This document shows, piece by piece, positions 61,883-64,000 of a DNA stretch of 64,000 nucleotides. The stretch is taken from NCBI GenBank assembly GCA_965243135.1, contig OZ251539.1, positions 3,520,001 through 3,584,000 of the forward strand, read 5' to 3'. A model generated the notes under the pieces. It was not told where the DNA came from. It saw only the letters and a list, made by a program, of their open reading frames with translations, and ran no database searches. Position numbers and translations under genes: made by a program. The DNA comes from Alphaproteobacteria bacterium. GTDB taxonomy: Bacteria > Pseudomonadota > Alphaproteobacteria > MPNO01 > UBA830. Every line of letters begins with the position of its first letter. The first letter of the stretch is position 1.

Positions 61883-62710
61883 ATGGCAATAAATACTCCA
61901 ATATATGTAATCAACCTTGATCAAGATACGGATCGATTAGCGTCGATAACGGAACGTCTGAATCATCTAAAGCTCCCTTTTAAGCGTTTTTCCGCCTACC
62001 GAGGGAAAAATATACCAGATCACCTAAAATCAGAATTTTTTCTTGATCGGTCTTGTTCCCTTCAAGATGGCGAAGTTGGCTGCTATGCGAGTCATCTTGA
62101 TTGTATGAAGCGTTTCATTGATACTGGTCTCCCATCAGCGATAATATTGGAAGACGATGTGGATTTTCATCCGGATTTTTCTCGGCTGATTTCGGAATTT
62201 TGCAAGCTGCCTCCTGATCTGGACATTCTTCGCCTGAGCAGCGTACCCAAGTATTCTTATGTACCTGTCGGCACTATAGAACCCTGTTTCGAATTGGTCA
62301 AATACTCAAAAATTCCCCATAGCACAGGCGGTTACTATATTACGCATTGTGGCGCGCAAAAATTTGTTCGATTTCAAAAACCGAGAACTAACCCGCTAGA
62401 TATCGATATGCGACATGCATGGACTCGTAACCTGATCACTTACGGAATCAGCCCACAAGTGGTTTCGCACGTAACCGGATTCTCATCGTCTATTGAAAAA
62501 GTGAATTCTAAATTAGATCCTAAAAAGCGACGCAGATCGGTTTTTTCCTTTTCAGAATCATTTACCAAACGAATTTGTTTCAATATTCGTTTTTTGTCAT
62601 TCCGTTTTTGGTTTTTTTGTCTCTTGAGGAATTTCTATATCCAAATTTATCGTCGTTTAAGAAAAAATGTTCCTAACTCAATCAAGCGGATTAAACCAGA
62701 TATTCACTAG
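61883..62710 (+). CDS. GT25 glycosyltransferase (LPS/LOS), low GC
   Basis: YVINL....DR, GEVGCYASH, IILEDD, Y.IT..GA. Confidence 0.9.
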   Translation: MAINTPIYVINLDQDTDRLASITERLNHLKLPFKRFSAYRGKNIPDHLKSEFFLDRSCSLQDGEVGCYASHLDCMKRFIDTGLPSAIILEDDVDFHPDFSRLISEFCKLPPDLDILRLSSVPKYSYVPVGTIEPCFELVKYSKIPHSTGGYYITHCGAQKFVRFQKPRTNPLDIDMRHAWTRNLITYGISPQVVSHVTGFSSSIEKVNSKLDPKKRRRSVFSFSESFTKRICFNIRFLSFRFWFFCLLRNFYIQIYRRLRKNVPNSIKRIKPDIH

Positions 62711-62722
62711 GAATGGAGATGG

Positions 62723-63577
62723 ATGATGACAACGACGCACAGTAGCTGGATCGCGCTATCTGATCGTGGAGTTGTTGCATTGACTGGCGAAGAGGTTCGC
62801 CCGTTCTTGCAGGCATTGATTACCAATGACGTTAACAGGGTAAGTTCTTCTCGATCAATTTACAGTGCGCTATTAACTCCTCAGGGGAAGCTGCTTTACG
62901 ATTTCTTTGTTGTCGAGAATGATGACACCTTGCTTCTCGACTGTGCCTTCGATCTTCTGGTTGGTCTAATTCGACATCTTGGTTTATATAAACTTCGAGC
63001 GGATGTGAAGATCGAGGACCGTAGCAACGACTGGTTAGTACTCGCATCGCTGCACAATTCGGATGACGCAAAAAATATTGAGTTGCCGTCGGAAGGAATT
63101 GCGTTCGTCGATTCTCGATGTTCGAAAATGGGATACCGAGCGCTCGTCCCCGCCAAATCTTCGGAGGTCAAGCTTGGAAAATTCGATGTGGAAAAGACGG
63201 ATCATGATGTTTACGAAACGATGCGCATATCTTTAGGAATTCCCGATTGTGAAAATGACCATGTTTCGGGAAAATTTTTTGCTTTGGAATGTTCTCTCGA
63301 TGACTTGGACGGTATTTCCTTCGAGAAAGGCTGTTTTATCGGCCAAGAAGTCACCACCCGCATGAAACACCGTAATTTAGTAAGAAAAAAACTCTTGCCG
63401 ATTTCCTTTGACGGTCCTTCGTTACCCCCCGGAACCATTATCACAAACGGAAACGTCAAAGTGGGAGAAATATGTTCTTCTGTCAACGGCAACGCGATTG
63501 CAATGCTCAAACTCGATCACGCCAAGTCAGAAAGGCTAATGGCTGGCAACCTTTCGGTCCATGTAAAAGAACTCTAA
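62723..63577 (+). CDS. ygfZ: Folate-binding Fe-S/tRNA-modification factor YgfZ
   Basis: FLQ.LITND, LLTPQGK, YKLRA.V, KGCFIGQEV signature. Confidence 0.92.
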   Translation: MMTTTHSSWIALSDRGVVALTGEEVRPFLQALITNDVNRVSSSRSIYSALLTPQGKLLYDFFVVENDDTLLLDCAFDLLVGLIRHLGLYKLRADVKIEDRSNDWLVLASLHNSDDAKNIELPSEGIAFVDSRCSKMGYRALVPAKSSEVKLGKFDVEKTDHDVYETMRISLGIPDCENDHVSGKFFALECSLDDLDGISFEKGCFIGQEVTTRMKHRNLVRKKLLPISFDGPSLPPGTIITNGNVKVGEICSSVNGNAIAMLKLDHAKSERLMAGNLSVHVKEL

Positions 63578-63587
63578 TCGATTCAAA

Positions 63588-63613
63588 ATAGGCGTTTTGG
63601 CAAAAGCGCCTAT
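63588..63613. terminator. Hairpin between convergent ygfZ and ppdK
   Basis: ATAGGCGTTTTG-G-CAAAAGCGCCTAT imperfect palindrome. Confidence 0.4.
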
Positions 63614-64000
63614 GCTTCCGCCTTCAATGCCGCTTGCGCGGCGGCGAGACGGGCGATCGGCACTCGGTACGGCGAACAGGAAACGTAGTCCAAACCGACC
63701 TCGGCGCAAAAGCGAATCGACGCGGGATCGCCGCCGTGCTCGCCGCAGATGCCGAGCTTGAGGCCGGGCCGCGCCGCGCGGCCCCGCTCGACCCCGATTC
63801 GCACGAGCTCGCCCACTCCGTCCGCATCGAGCGTCGCGAACGGGTCGGCCTCCAGAAGCCCGCGCCGGGCGTAATCCTTCAGAAGCCCCGCCGTGTCGTC
63901 CCGCGAAAGGCCGAACGTCGTCTGCGTGAGGTCGTTCGTGCCGAAGGAGAAAAACTCCGCGCCCGCGGCGATCTCCCCCGCCCGCAACGCCGCGCGCGGC
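63610..64000 (-). CDS. ppdK: Pyruvate phosphate dikinase, C-terminal part (continues beyond window)
   Basis: [48 protein letters not shown]. Confidence 0.96.
   Translation of the reverse strand, partial: PRAALRAGEIAAGAEFFSFGTNDLTQTTFGLSRDDTAGLLKDYARRGLLEADPFATLDADGVGELVRIGVERGRAARPGLKLGICGEHGGDPASIRFCAEVGLDYVSCSPYRVPIARLAAAQAALKAEA

Overview
High-GC alphaproteobacterial (Rhodospirillales-like) chromosome segment. The mix of TA modules, AAA/PD-(D/E)XK genes and decayed IS resembles host-associated (e.g. sponge-symbiont) genomes, which is inference. Three intact core blocks are present: rsmD-cobO / mutL-pgi-M16-M16-DUF3035-lspA-ribF-phaJ at 1-9.8 kb; DUF62-tauE-Nav channel-flavin monooxygenase-Sel1-acuI at 34.7-40.6 kb; and GT25-ygfZ-ppdK at the end. 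They enclose two accessory regions (~10-34.5 kb and ~41.9-61.8 kb) rich in defence-like genes and IS remnants (ISAs1, IS4, IS66, IS110/IS1111, ISKra4, IS630). Best leads: (1) a translationally coupled HEPN + KGGVGR-ParA + P-loop ATPase trio bracketed by a 13-bp IHF-like direct repeat; (2) a DUF4338/DruA-like domain carried by three unrelated IS families; (3) pervasive 5-7 nt deletions, often AT-containing, confined to accessory DNA; (4) a SIR2-like cassette between ~2-kb direct repeats; (5) a ~1350-aa HTH-nuclease-STAND-like protein; (6) a 5.4-kb inverted-repeat-bounded cassette of TA modules and a repeated res-like non-coding element. All family calls come from motif recognition by eye; no searches were run.
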